A DNA stretch of 64,000 bases, from the NCBI GenBank assembly GCA_030601705.1, contig JAUWBM010000001.1, positions 3,473 to 67,472 on the forward strand. The letters run 5' to 3'. A model generated the notes under the pieces. It was not told the origin of the DNA. It saw only the letters and a list, made by a program, of their open reading frames with translations, and did not search any database. This document shows, piece by piece, positions 49,494 to 60,100 of the stretch; within the stretch, counting starts at the first letter, position 1; every line of letters begins with the position of its first letter. The translations under genes were made by a program, and so were the position numbers. This stretch comes from Thermoplasmatota archaeon. Its GTDB lineage: Archaea > Thermoplasmatota > E2 > DHVEG-1.

Positions 49494-52400
49494 ATGCCTT
49501 TTGATGCTGAATCCATCATTGGTGGAAAAAGCGGCGTTCTCAGGGGCTTAGTTAAGGAATATAAAATAGAAATAAAAGGAAAGCCTGAATGTTCTAATGC
49601 GTGCCCAGCAGGGATCAATGTAAAGGCCTATGTAAATCTCATTGCAAACAGGAAATTCGAAGAAGCTGTAGAAGTAATACGTCAGGCTAATCCATTTCCT
49701 GCTGTCTGTGGGAGGGTCTGTACTCGACCGTGTGAAGATAGCTGCGAACATGGAGTAGAAGGAGATCCTGTTTCTATTCGTGCCTTAAAGAAGTACGCCT
49801 CTGATTATGAACTTGCCCGCCGACCTCTTGTGATGGAACCTTGTAAAACAGTTTACGACGAAAAAGTAGCAATAATTGGAGCTGGACCTGCGGGTCTTTC
49901 AGCTGCCGTAGATCTTGTACGAATGGGATATCCTGTCACTGTTTTTGAGACGAAAAAAGACCCAGGGGGAATGCTCCGCTATGCCATTCCACCATATCGT
50001 CTTCCAGATAGAATTCTAAAAAGAGAGATTGACTGGATAAAAGGGCTAGGAGTAAATATCAAAACAGGAACAAAAGTTGATGATTCTGTAACCTTATTTA
50101 AGAAAGGATATTCTGCCATACTCATTGCAACAGGTGCACCAAAATCGTTTTCTCTCGGTATTGGAGGAGAAGAATCGGAAGGAGTTATCGATGCTTTGTG
50201 GTTCTTACGGGGAATCTGTAATAATAGTCCAATAAAAATGGAAGGAAACGTAGTTGTAATCGGTGGCGGATCAACTGCGTTTGATGCTGCTAGATCTGCA
50301 ATTCGACTTGGAGTCAAGAAGGTCACATTGGCATATCGTCGAGGAATAGAAGAGATGCCTGCAGAAAGGGAAGAGGTTGAACACGCCCAAGAGGAAGGCG
50401 TTGAAATATTAACGTTAGCAATTCCCAATAAAATAATCATAAAAGGTGGGAAAGTTACAGGAGTAGAATTTCTTAAAGCAAAGCTTGGTGAGCCTGATGA
50501 ATCCGGGCGAAGAAGACCGGTTCCCATAAAAGGAAGCGAGTTCGTCCTAAACGCTGATATTATTATTCCAGCTATTGGAGCAAGACCTGATGTTGGAACA
50601 GTAGGAAATTGCAAAATTACTGCCCAAAATGGAAGGATAAACGTTAAAGATAAAGGATGTACAATAGTAAAAGGAGTTTTTGCCGCAGGTGACGTTGAAA
50701 CAGGACCATCCTCTGTGGTAAAGGCTATTGGACGTGGACATGAAGCAGCAGTCGGTATTAATACATATTTTAGAGGGGCTGAATATACTGAAATAGGAGA
50801 TTCGTCAAAATCTGTACCAATTGTCCTTGAACCACCAACATATTCTCGCTCCCTCCATTCTCCTAAAAGATTGAGGAAAGAAGAAAGGGTCGCATCATTC
50901 AATGAAGTTGAAGGATCATTTGCAGATTTTGAGATAATAGATGAAGCATCTCGATGCTTTACCTGCGGACCATGCGATGTTTGTACTGTTTGTCTTCCAA
51001 ACTGTAATCACAAACAAGTAGTTGCTCAAACAGAAGAAACAACGTTTCTTTTGAAAGTTCCTTCTGACCTATCTTCTATAGTAACTGAAAAGGGGCCATC
51101 TACAGTTAAGGTAAAAGCCAACGGAAATGAAAAATCAATGACGCTTCACAGTCTCATTCCTGCAGTTGACATAGATCGTTGTATAGGTTGTGGACGATGT
51201 GAGGAAGTATGTGCCTACAAAGCTATAAGAAATGTCCTCAAAAAAGATGGAAGAATAGTTGCTGAGGTTGTTCACAACTCATGTGCATCATGCAGCGCTT
51301 GTGTATCAGCATGTCCCTCAGGTGCTATAAGTCAAGGATATATGTCTGATAAAGAAATACTATCAAGATTATATGAGAAAAAGACACCATTTGAAGGAAT
51401 TAAGGCATTGATGAGCTACTGGAGCACTCCATCACCTGCCTTTGATTATAACGGTGTCGTTGAGGTGATGTCTGCAAGAAAACCTACGCCTTCATTTCTG
51501 ATAAGATCTCTAGCACGATCGGGTAAGGGACTTCTAGTTATCGGACCTAATGAAAAAACTGGGTCGCATTATTTACCCGGGGAAGAACATCCTCTCAATA
51601 CGATTCAACAGGCAAGGAGTTTACTGAAACTTATTGGAATTTCTCCTGATAGAATACAATACAAAGCGGTCCCCAATGGTACAAATCCATCTGGACTGTT
51701 AAAAGAATTCTCAAAATCTCTTGATAAAAAGAAACTTGTCACACTCAAAGCACCATTGCCAAAATCCATCAACGGTCCATTAGGAGAATCTATGACAATC
51801 CTAAGGATTATGGGAGCAAATCCGGATATTAAACCTTCTGATAGTGTTATTCCTATTCAACCGGTAAAATCTGGGGGCACTGCCTTTTTTGAAGGATGTC
51901 TACCGATGCTCCATTGGATTGGAGAATCTCATAAATTATTTGATCTGAGTCCGACTCGCCAGGCCATATATGGTCTTATAAAAAAAATGAAGATTGATGC
52001 TGGATTCATTGAGGGTTTTTCCTGCCCTTCAAAGGGGTTACTACAGACAAAAACTGATGGTATCAAGGAAATTGTATCTAAAATTGAATCAAATAATCTT
52101 AAATCATTTAAGAAGGTAAATCCAAAAAAATTAATCCTTGGAACTCCAGAGTCTTTCTCTTCCTTTTCAAAGGAGAAATATTTTGGAACAATATCCTCTC
52201 TTCCTGATGAACTGTTAAATGTGGCAAAAAAATCAAAAGGTTTTGCCCCTATCGAGAAAACTGTATCCATTCATCGTGCTTGTGCTATAGAAAATGATCC
52301 ATTCTATGAAACCACCAAAAAGCTTCTTGATCTTATTCCGGGGCTCACAATCGTTGAACTAAATGGGCAATGTGAACACAGAGGATTAGAGAATTTTGAT

Positions 52401-52595
52401 GGCAACTCAAAGGAGACTGCCTTACATCTAATGAAAGAGGCAGTCAGTAAAGATGTAGATATGATCATATGCACCTCTCCATATTGTGAGTCTCATCTCT
52501 TGCTGAGTCAAAGAAAGGGATCTTGGCGTTCGGTAGATATTGAAGTAACAGATGTGTATAAAGTGCTTCTTTCTTCTTTAGAAGGTGATGCTTAA
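49494..52595 (+). CDS. large multidomain Fe-S flavoprotein: NfnB/GltD-like NAD(P)H oxidoreductase + 2x[4Fe-4S] ferredoxin + Cys-depleted MvhD-like + CCG-like domains (HdrL-like fusion)
   Basis: N-terminus CSNACPAGINV...CGRVCTRPCEDSC plus FAD/NAD(P) GxGxxG motifs (IIGAGPAGLSAA; VVVIGGGSTAFDAA), as in the GltD/SudA family. Mid region CIGCGRCEEVC...CASCSACVSACP. The later segment resembles MvhD/FlpD with its cysteines substituted; C-terminus Cx..CP-like. Confidence 0.7.
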   Translation: MPFDAESIIGGKSGVLRGLVKEYKIEIKGKPECSNACPAGINVKAYVNLIANRKFEEAVEVIRQANPFPAVCGRVCTRPCEDSCEHGVEGDPVSIRALKKYASDYELARRPLVMEPCKTVYDEKVAIIGAGPAGLSAAVDLVRMGYPVTVFETKKDPGGMLRYAIPPYRLPDRILKREIDWIKGLGVNIKTGTKVDDSVTLFKKGYSAILIATGAPKSFSLGIGGEESEGVIDALWFLRGICNNSPIKMEGNVVVIGGGSTAFDAARSAIRLGVKKVTLAYRRGIEEMPAEREEVEHAQEEGVEILTLAIPNKIIIKGGKVTGVEFLKAKLGEPDESGRRRPVPIKGSEFVLNADIIIPAIGARPDVGTVGNCKITAQNGRINVKDKGCTIVKGVFAAGDVETGPSSVVKAIGRGHEAAVGINTYFRGAEYTEIGDSSKSVPIVLEPPTYSRSLHSPKRLRKEERVASFNEVEGSFADFEIIDEASRCFTCGPCDVCTVCLPNCNHKQVVAQTEETTFLLKVPSDLSSIVTEKGPSTVKVKANGNEKSMTLHSLIPAVDIDRCIGCGRCEEVCAYKAIRNVLKKDGRIVAEVVHNSCASCSACVSACPSGAISQGYMSDKEILSRLYEKKTPFEGIKALMSYWSTPSPAFDYNGVVEVMSARKPTPSFLIRSLARSGKGLLVIGPNEKTGSHYLPGEEHPLNTIQQARSLLKLIGISPDRIQYKAVPNGTNPSGLLKEFSKSLDKKKLVTLKAPLPKSINGPLGESMTILRIMGANPDIKPSDSVIPIQPVKSGGTAFFEGCLPMLHWIGESHKLFDLSPTRQAIYGLIKKMKIDAGFIEGFSCPSKGLLQTKTDGIKEIVSKIESNNLKSFKKVNPKKLILGTPESFSSFSKEKYFGTISSLPDELLNVAKKSKGFAPIEKTVSIHRACAIENDPFYETTKKLLDLIPGLTIVELNGQCEHRGLENFDGNSKETALHLMKEAVSKDVDMIICTSPYCESHLLLSQRKGSWRSVDIEVTDVYKVLLSSLEGDA

Positions 52596-54679
52596 TGCTT
52601 GAGGCAAGGATAAAAAAACATCCGATACTATCTATCGATAAAACATCGGCATCTGTAACATTCACCTTCAATGGGAAGAAACTCACTGCAAAACCAGGAG
52701 AGATGATCTCTTCTGCATTATTTGCTCATGGGATACACATATTTGGCCATCACAAAAAAGACAAGTCTCCCCAGGGAATGTTCTGTGCAAATGGTCAGTG
52801 CTCTCAGTGCTTGGTTATTGTCGATGGCATTCCTGTAAAATCATGTATTACTCCGGTAAAAGAAGGCATGGAAGTAAGATCCTTAGATGGCCTACCTACT
52901 CTTCTTAAAGATGATGAGGTTGTCAAAATCGGTGGTGAGATACCTGTTGTCGATACACCTGTTCTTATCATTGGAGGCGGACCTGCAGGTATGTCTGCCG
53001 CTATAGAATTAGGGCAAATGGGCATATATTGTATCATTTGTGACGATAAACAAGAATTAGGAGGAAAGCTTAGCCTTCAGACTCATAACTTCTTTGGTTC
53101 TATGAGAGACTGTTTTGCTGGGAGTCGTGGAATAGATATAGGTTACGATCTTGCATCTCTTGTGAATGAGAATAAGAACTTGGAAGTTTGGACAAATTCT
53201 CCTGTTGTAGGTGTTTTTGCTGATGGACTTGTTGGAGTCGTGAAAGATGGCAGCTATACTCTTGTGAAACCCGAGAGAATATTAGTAACTGCAGGTGCAC
53301 GAGAAAAGACCTTGGCATTCCACGGTTGCGATTTACCTGGCGTCTATGGTGCAGGTGCATTTCAGACTCTTGTCAATAGGGATCTTATTAAACCTACTGA
53401 CAAATTGTTCATTGTTGGAGGGGGAAATGTAGGTCTAATAGGTGCATATCACGCCTTACAGGCTGGTATTGATGTCATTGGTATTGTAGAAGCCCTTCCA
53501 GAATGTGGTGGATACAAAGTCCATCTTGATAAAATCAAGCGTTTGGGAATTCCGGTTTATACTTCTCATACGGTATTAAGAGCTGAAGGAAAGGATCATC
53601 TTGAACGGGTTGTCATATCAGAGATAGATAATAAGTTCAGACCAATTAAGGGAACTGAAGCGGTTTTTGAGGCAGATACTTTGCTCATTGCTGTAGGATT
53701 GACTCCTGTGAATGAACTAAAGAAACAGGCAGAAGAATTTGGTTTAAAAACATATGCTGCAGGAGACGCTGACATCATCGCAGAAGCATCTGCTGCTATG
53801 TTCTCTGGACGTATAACTGCCAGAGCTGTGCTTAAAGATATGGGATACGACGTTGAGGTTCCACCCGAATGGGAAGAAATGGTGAATATTCTCCGTAGTA
53901 GACCAGGTCCAGTGAAAGAATCTCATCTATTTCCAAAAGATAAAGCTGTGTATCCGATTATCCGATGTGCGCAAGAAATTCCCTGTAATCCCTGCATGGA
54001 AGCGTGTGTTCTCCAAAGTATTAAGATAAAAGAGCCATCAATGATGGGCAGACCACAATTTGATGGAGATTGTCTTGGATGTGCACAATGTGTTGCTATA
54101 TGTCCTGGACTTGCTATAACACTTGTTGATAAAGGATATGATAAAACAAAGAGAACAGCCAGGGTTGTCATCCCTTGGGAGATGCCTGAGGGAACCATAA
54201 AGATAGGGCAAGAAGTAACGACAACAGGGCTAGAAGGAGAAATAATAGGAAAAGGTAAGGTTATTGCCATAAAAGAGTCTAAATGGCAAAATAGGAGGCT
54301 TTTGGTATCATTGGAGGTCCCTTACAATAAAGCAGACCTAGTAGCAGGAATCAGGATAAAGGAACCTAGAAGTAAAAAGATTGGTGCCACTGTCAAACAA
54401 ATTGATGATGGAGAAGTGATTATCTGTCGATGTGAACGTGTCGCTAAAAGTGATATTATTGATTATATCAAGAAGACTGGTACAAGGGATGTAAATGCTG
54501 TAAAGGCAGCACTTCGTGTTGGAATGGGGCCTTGCGGGGGAAAGACCTGTACCGAGCTCATTATGCGTGTGTTTAGAGAACTTGGAATTGACCTGAAAGA
54601 CGTAGAACCACCTGTTGATCGCCCATTCACGCAAGAAGTGCCCCTCAAAGCGTTTCTGAAGGAGGGTGATGACCAGTGA
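52595..54679 (+). CDS. sarcosine-oxidase-alpha / opine-oxidase-A / HcnA-HcnB-like fused subunit (2Fe-2S ferredoxin + FAD/NAD(P) oxidoreductase + 2x[4Fe-4S] + BFD-like [2Fe-2S])
   Basis: N-terminal CANGQCSQC...C 2Fe-2S; LIIGGGPAGMSAA and FIVGGGNVGL dinucleotide motifs; CNPCMEAC...CLGCAQCVAICP ferredoxin; CRCE...GPCGGKTC BFD-like. Start overlaps the upstream stop. Confidence 0.75.
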   Translation: MLEARIKKHPILSIDKTSASVTFTFNGKKLTAKPGEMISSALFAHGIHIFGHHKKDKSPQGMFCANGQCSQCLVIVDGIPVKSCITPVKEGMEVRSLDGLPTLLKDDEVVKIGGEIPVVDTPVLIIGGGPAGMSAAIELGQMGIYCIICDDKQELGGKLSLQTHNFFGSMRDCFAGSRGIDIGYDLASLVNENKNLEVWTNSPVVGVFADGLVGVVKDGSYTLVKPERILVTAGAREKTLAFHGCDLPGVYGAGAFQTLVNRDLIKPTDKLFIVGGGNVGLIGAYHALQAGIDVIGIVEALPECGGYKVHLDKIKRLGIPVYTSHTVLRAEGKDHLERVVISEIDNKFRPIKGTEAVFEADTLLIAVGLTPVNELKKQAEEFGLKTYAAGDADIIAEASAAMFSGRITARAVLKDMGYDVEVPPEWEEMVNILRSRPGPVKESHLFPKDKAVYPIIRCAQEIPCNPCMEACVLQSIKIKEPSMMGRPQFDGDCLGCAQCVAICPGLAITLVDKGYDKTKRTARVVIPWEMPEGTIKIGQEVTTTGLEGEIIGKGKVIAIKESKWQNRRLLVSLEVPYNKADLVAGIRIKEPRSKKIGATVKQIDDGEVIICRCERVAKSDIIDYIKKTGTRDVNAVKAALRVGMGPCGGKTCTELIMRVFRELGIDLKDVEPPVDRPFTQEVPLKAFLKEGDDQ

Positions 54680-55854
54680 TCAAAGAATACGATGTGATTG
54701 TTATCGGAGCGGGTTCTGTTGGAGCTCCTACTGCTTATTTCCTTTCTGAGGCAGGTTTTAAGGTACTGGTTGTTGAGAAACTTTCTTCATCTGGACAGGG
54801 TCAAAATAAGGCAGCAATTGGAGGAGTTAGAGCCACTCATTCAGATCCTGCAAAAATACAAATTTGTCTCCAAAGTATAGATATTTTCTCCAATTGGAAG
54901 GAAAAAACGGGTACAGATATTGGATGGAAGGAAGGAGGTTATTGTTTTCCGGTATATCGAGAGAAAGAAGAGAATATCCTCAAATCTATATTATCTATTC
55001 AAAAGAAATACGGGCTCGATATTGATTGGGTTGATGATGAGGGAATAAAGAAAGTTGTACCAGGTATAAACGAAAAAGGGCTCATTGGAGGTACTTTTTC
55101 ACCTAATGACGGTCAGGTAAGTCCTTTACTCTCTTCAGAGTCTTTTACTAATGAGGCAATGAAGCTTGGGGCTGAGTATAGATATCGTGAAAGCGTTATT
55201 GGTCTCTTAACCGAAGGCGATAAAGGAAATATGTTAGTAAAAGGAATCAAGACAAAAAAAGGAGAATATAAGGCTTATAATGTAGTTAACGCTGCTGGAG
55301 CCCACGCTTCTGCTATATGTAAGATGGCAGGGCTAGATATACCGGTAAATCCGGATAGTCACGAGGCAGGAATAACCGCCCCTGTTGAACCGTTTCTTGA
55401 CCCACTTGTTGTTGATCTACGTCCTGGGGCTGAAGGGAAGACAGTAAACTTCTACTTCGGTCAGAACTTAGAGGGACAAATCATATTTTGTTATACGCCA
55501 AGTAAGATCTTTGCTGGAGAAGACAGGAGATCTACGCCAGAATTTATGCCCATAATTGCTAGAAGATTAGTAAACCTCATTCCAAGATTCAAAAATCTTA
55601 CTATTAGAAGGATATGGAGAGGACTCTATCCAATGACTCCAGATGGGGTTGCAGTAGTTGGTAAACCATCGGGAGTTGAAGGTTTGTACCTTGGGGTTGG
55701 AATGTGTGGACAGGGTTTCATGATGGGACCTGGAGTTGGTTTAAACCTTGCAAATATTATAGCCAAAGGGCCACCCATCATAGAAAATGAAGTGCTCAAC
55801 CTTTTGAGTCCCGACAGAAACTTCTACAGCGGAAAGAAAGAAGCTTTGAAATAG
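54676..55854 (+). CDS. FAD-dependent oxidoreductase (DAO family; sarcosine-oxidase-beta / proline-dehydrogenase-beta-like)
   Basis: YDVIVIGAGSVGAPTAYFLSEAGFKVLVVEK GxGxxG start and C-terminal GxG.G; overlaps the upstream gene by 4 nt. Confidence 0.8.
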   Translation: MIKEYDVIVIGAGSVGAPTAYFLSEAGFKVLVVEKLSSSGQGQNKAAIGGVRATHSDPAKIQICLQSIDIFSNWKEKTGTDIGWKEGGYCFPVYREKEENILKSILSIQKKYGLDIDWVDDEGIKKVVPGINEKGLIGGTFSPNDGQVSPLLSSESFTNEAMKLGAEYRYRESVIGLLTEGDKGNMLVKGIKTKKGEYKAYNVVNAAGAHASAICKMAGLDIPVNPDSHEAGITAPVEPFLDPLVVDLRPGAEGKTVNFYFGQNLEGQIIFCYTPSKIFAGEDRRSTPEFMPIIARRLVNLIPRFKNLTIRRIWRGLYPMTPDGVAVVGKPSGVEGLYLGVGMCGQGFMMGPGVGLNLANIIAKGPPIIENEVLNLLSPDRNFYSGKKEALK

Positions 55855-55943
55855 AATAGTAGTAACAATAATAAACAATACTTCCTATCCTGTGCCGATA
55901 CATGGACTGTGAAAAATCGGTTTAAATGCGGAGATACAAAAGA

Positions 55944-56330
55944 TTATTTCATCTTGAATTCAAACCACTTTACCTTTCCTTCCTTTACAAGTTTTTTGAT
56001 TTTGTTTTGTTTGACATTTAGTTTTGATTTCTCTGTTTTGAATTCTACAAATAGTATTTGATCATCTTCAAATTGTATTCCATCAATTGGATCGCCTATG
56101 TATCGAAAGTTTTCTGTAGAATACGGATATTTTTCCATAGATGATGCAAATTGCTCTGTTATTTTATTATAGGCTATTGATAAAGATTCTTTTTCACTAG
56201 AAAGTTTTTCAATCTTTTTATGTAAAGGAGATATTGCAACTCTATAAACGAGAGTTATTCCAAAAATTACTCCTATTATTATCCCGATTAAGAATACCCA
56301 GAATGTCATTAATGGATCCATCTTATCCAT
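55944..56330 (-). CDS. membrane-anchored protein with a YraN/Mrr-like PD-(D/E)xK nuclease-fold motif
   Basis: N-terminal TM (FWVFLIGIIIGVIFGITLVY), coiled-coil, then GDPIDGIQFEDDQILFVEFKTEKS (D...E.K). Confidence 0.4.
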   Translation of the reverse strand: MDKMDPLMTFWVFLIGIIIGVIFGITLVYRVAISPLHKKIEKLSSEKESLSIAYNKITEQFASSMEKYPYSTENFRYIGDPIDGIQFEDDQILFVEFKTEKSKLNVKQNKIKKLVKEGKVKWFEFKMK

Positions 56331-56389
56331 TTAGAAATACATTATATGGTTGAATAGTTTTTTATTGGTAAAAAATGACAGAGTGAAAA

Positions 56390-57064
56390 CTATGATGTAA
56401 TTCGCTTTTTAAACAGGAATTTGAGGTTTTTCCATCCATCCTTAAAACTTTCCAGTTTTATCTCTCCTTCCCTAGGGCATAACGTTGAAAATATTTCTCT
56501 TGATTTTACGTCTTTTGCAGTAAACATTTCTATTTTTATTTCTTCCGAAAAAGGCATTCCATCATTAAAATCTTCCAAAGGTTGAATTTTGTCTAAAGCC
56601 TCTTTTTTGAATATCCACATACCTGATTGGGAATCTCTAATATTTATGAGGAACAAAACACGAAGTACGGTTGCAAGAGTTAAATTTCCAAATCGGTGTG
56701 TTAAAGTCATTGATCCTTTTTTTAATTCAGCAAATCTATCTGTAGTTATGAAATCTAAGTTTTCATCTAACAATAGCTGGACATATTCATGTATTCTATC
56801 AAATGGATATGTTGCATCTGCATCACCGGTGACAATGATATCACCTGTAATTTGTGGCATACCTGTCTTATACGCTCTACCATAACCTTTTCTTTTTTCA
56901 ATAATTATTTTTGCTCCTTTCTTCTTAGCTATTTCTTGGGTTTTATCCTTTGAATCGCCGTCTATTATAACTATTTCTAACTCCCAGTTATTTTTTTTAA
57001 AGAAATCTTTGTTAATTGAATCAATGGTTTTTCCTATACCTTTTTCTTCATTTAATGTAGGCAT
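56390..57064 (-). CDS. family-2 glycosyltransferase (dolichyl-phosphate sugar synthase-like)
   Basis: MPTLNEEKGIGKTIDSI...EIVIIDGDSKDKT...TGDADATYP GT-A/DxD motifs. Confidence 0.8.
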   Translation of the reverse strand: MPTLNEEKGIGKTIDSINKDFFKKNNWELEIVIIDGDSKDKTQEIAKKKGAKIIIEKRKGYGRAYKTGMPQITGDIIVTGDADATYPFDRIHEYVQLLLDENLDFITTDRFAELKKGSMTLTHRFGNLTLATVLRVLFLINIRDSQSGMWIFKKEALDKIQPLEDFNDGMPFSEEIKIEMFTAKDVKSREIFSTLCPREGEIKLESFKDGWKNLKFLFKKRITS

Positions 57065-57177
57065 TATAACGCTGATTTTCAGGGTAAAACGCTCCTGGAA
57101 AAAAAGGTATAATCAATTATATTAAAAGGTTTTGTAAATAAAAAAAGAAAAAAGATAGAGAGAATTTTTTCTCTCTC

Positions 57178-60100
57178 TTAGTGTCGTCTGCGTCTCAAGA
57201 GTATGAATGCTACTCCAATAGCTGCAATCAGTGTTAGTAGTTCGAATCCAGGTATTCCACCCGGTACGATTTTTATGGTTAGTGTCCCGTCTTGATATGT
57301 TTCATAGCTAGCAGTAATTACGTAATTACCATCATCTGAAGGTGCTGTGAAGGTTACTTTTCCATTGTTGTCTGATGTTTTTGTAGTGCCTTCAAAGGTT
57401 ACACTTGCACCGGCTAGTCCGCTACCTTTTGCAAGCACTGTTACAGTAAATGATGAGCCTGTTTGTGGGTCCGCACTTGGTCCAACTATACTGATCTCAT
57501 ATCTCTTAATCACGGAAATTGTTTTTTCTTCAGTTGCATATCCTGTCTTTTTAGCAGTGACTGTATAAATTGCAGATTCTACTCCAGGATCAGGTACTGT
57601 GAATGTTGCCTCTCCATTTGAATCTGTCTGAGATGTAACTTGACCAAACTCGACGTCCACGCCGCTCACGGGCGTCCCTCCAGATCTAATGGTAACAGTT
57701 AAGGTTTCTCCCTCATGTATTGGGGATTTCGATACTGATATATCCAATGATTGCTTTCCTGTAACCTTTATGGTTGTATTCGTTATCACAGAGTTATCCC
57801 AGATGAGTAGTCCACCAACATATCTTACGTTTCGTGCGATTGTAACATTTAGATTCCCACTAGCTACCGGTGCAACACTTAATGTTACTTTTCCGTTCGC
57901 GTTCGTTTCTACTGGCTCGGGTTGTGATGGTATAATCCCAGCAGTAGACGGCGTAAGGGTAATATTGATCCCTGGTATTGGATTGTTATCACTATCTAGA
58001 GCAATTATTGTAATCGTATTCGCCATATTGATATAGATCTCAGATGGTTCTACTATGAAGCTGGGGAATACGATTCTGAGTTGCCCATCTGTAGTATTAC
58101 CTTCATAATTAGTATATTCACTCTGTAGGGTAACGTTTATTTTTCCTTTTACGTCTCCAGTTTCTTCTATATCAAACTCCCCATTTCCGTCCTCGTCTAG
58201 TATAAAATATTCAGTTTCAGCAGGATTTGTAGTTGTATTTGCAGCCTCATACATATTGATATATAATTTTGTGCCATCTGGTAAGGGGACACCATTGGCA
58301 TCAACGGCAGTAACAGCTACAGTAATATTATCTAACCCGATGCCACAGGTCACTGCTTCTGGTGAATATGTAATCTCGGCTCTTTCTACATCTAAAGTGA
58401 TGTTTCCATCGTGTTCATTTTCACCAGAATTATTTACTGCAGTTATTAGGAGTTCACCCCTAAAGTGTGGTATAAAATCGTCCATATACCAAATATTACC
58501 AGATTTCTCTTTTAGCGGTTCTGTCTGGATAACATCGCCATCGTTGTCAAGTATTTCAGCAGTAACTGAATCAATATCGTCAATAAGATTTCCATTTCCA
58601 TCCAAAACCTCGAATTCCCAAGCATGCTCCATACCAACAGTTAGAGTTTGATTTGCTGCATCTACAGGATCCGTAATATCAACAATCATATCATGTAAAG
58701 GAGCAACCTCAATGATATCATACATATAATATACACCTGCTTCAGCAGCTACCACGATGTACCCAACTCCTTCTTCAATATCCTCTTCAGTTACAACGAA
58801 TTCAAATCTACCCTGTTCACCACTACCCGGAGTATTATCTCCAGTAGTCTCGTTCATACATTCTATAAAAATCCAATTTTCATCATAATATGTAAGATGT
58901 ACCTCCGCGTACTGTCCATTCGCGATCTCAGCAATCACAGTTTCGGTTGATTGAACTGAAATCTCTTTATTATCTCCTTCAGACGTCGTAACAGATCCGA
59001 ATAACCCTTTGACACCAAAGTCCTTACTAACAGATGCGTTACCTGTGTCGTTATGAGCAGTTATGGTTATTGTCCCAGCAGTTTTAGGATCTATCTTTAC
59101 CGTATATATGCCGTAGTCTGGAGGTGTCATATATCCGTCTGACACCGCATCTTCTTCGTCTATTTTGATATCGAGTCCACAACCAGTTATCTCTATCGAT
59201 GCATTCTTTTCATCACTTTGATCATCACCATAAATCTGGATTGTAATTTCATTGGAGGTATTCTTCCATTGGCAGCTGGTTATCTTATTTATAGAGACCT
59301 CATCCACCATGTCATCTATAATCACGGTCATATCACCCGGAGAAACAACTTGGAAATTAACAGAACCAGTTATATTGGCTTCCAAGTCATCGATATCCGT
59401 ATAATTCTCATCATTCAATGGGTTTGTAACGATTATTGTTCCGGTACCTGTTTCATTGAATTTAATTTTGAACCTATAGTAGGCATATTTCAAAGTATCT
59501 GTAACTCCGGTGGCTACATTGGCATGGACAAGGACAACATCATCGTCATCATACTCCATATTTGTAGTTGAGTTATATGATTTAACGCCAGTGACGTGTA
59601 TCCACATTTTATCATAATGATCTCCGTCCCACGAGTTATATATTGAAACATTAATAGTCTGATTAAATCCTGAGACAAGCTCATCTGGACTTTCAACTTT
59701 TACTTTGGCGCTATCATCAGAGGCGATATCGATTGAATAATATTTTATAAAATCAGCTATATCGAGCTTATCAGTTTCATCTAATCTGTGGCTACCAACA
59801 TCACTATAAGTACCAAGACACCATGTACCTGCGCTACCGCCATTCTCATCTGTTGGTGAAATAATTGAAAATCTTCCCGTACTATATGTATTAGTGTATG
59901 TAATTAATCTATAACCGCCTTCAATTGGAGAGTATAGCGAAATGTTATATCCCTCGATGCCGTTTCCTTTCCCATCTCTCACATATCCATTAGAAATCTG
60001 GATCTCATCTCCCCATTCAAGATTTGTTGGCATAACTGCTGAAATATTTAGCTTAACAGGCACTATTTGCTCTCCATATCTAGCAGCATCCATTGTTACG

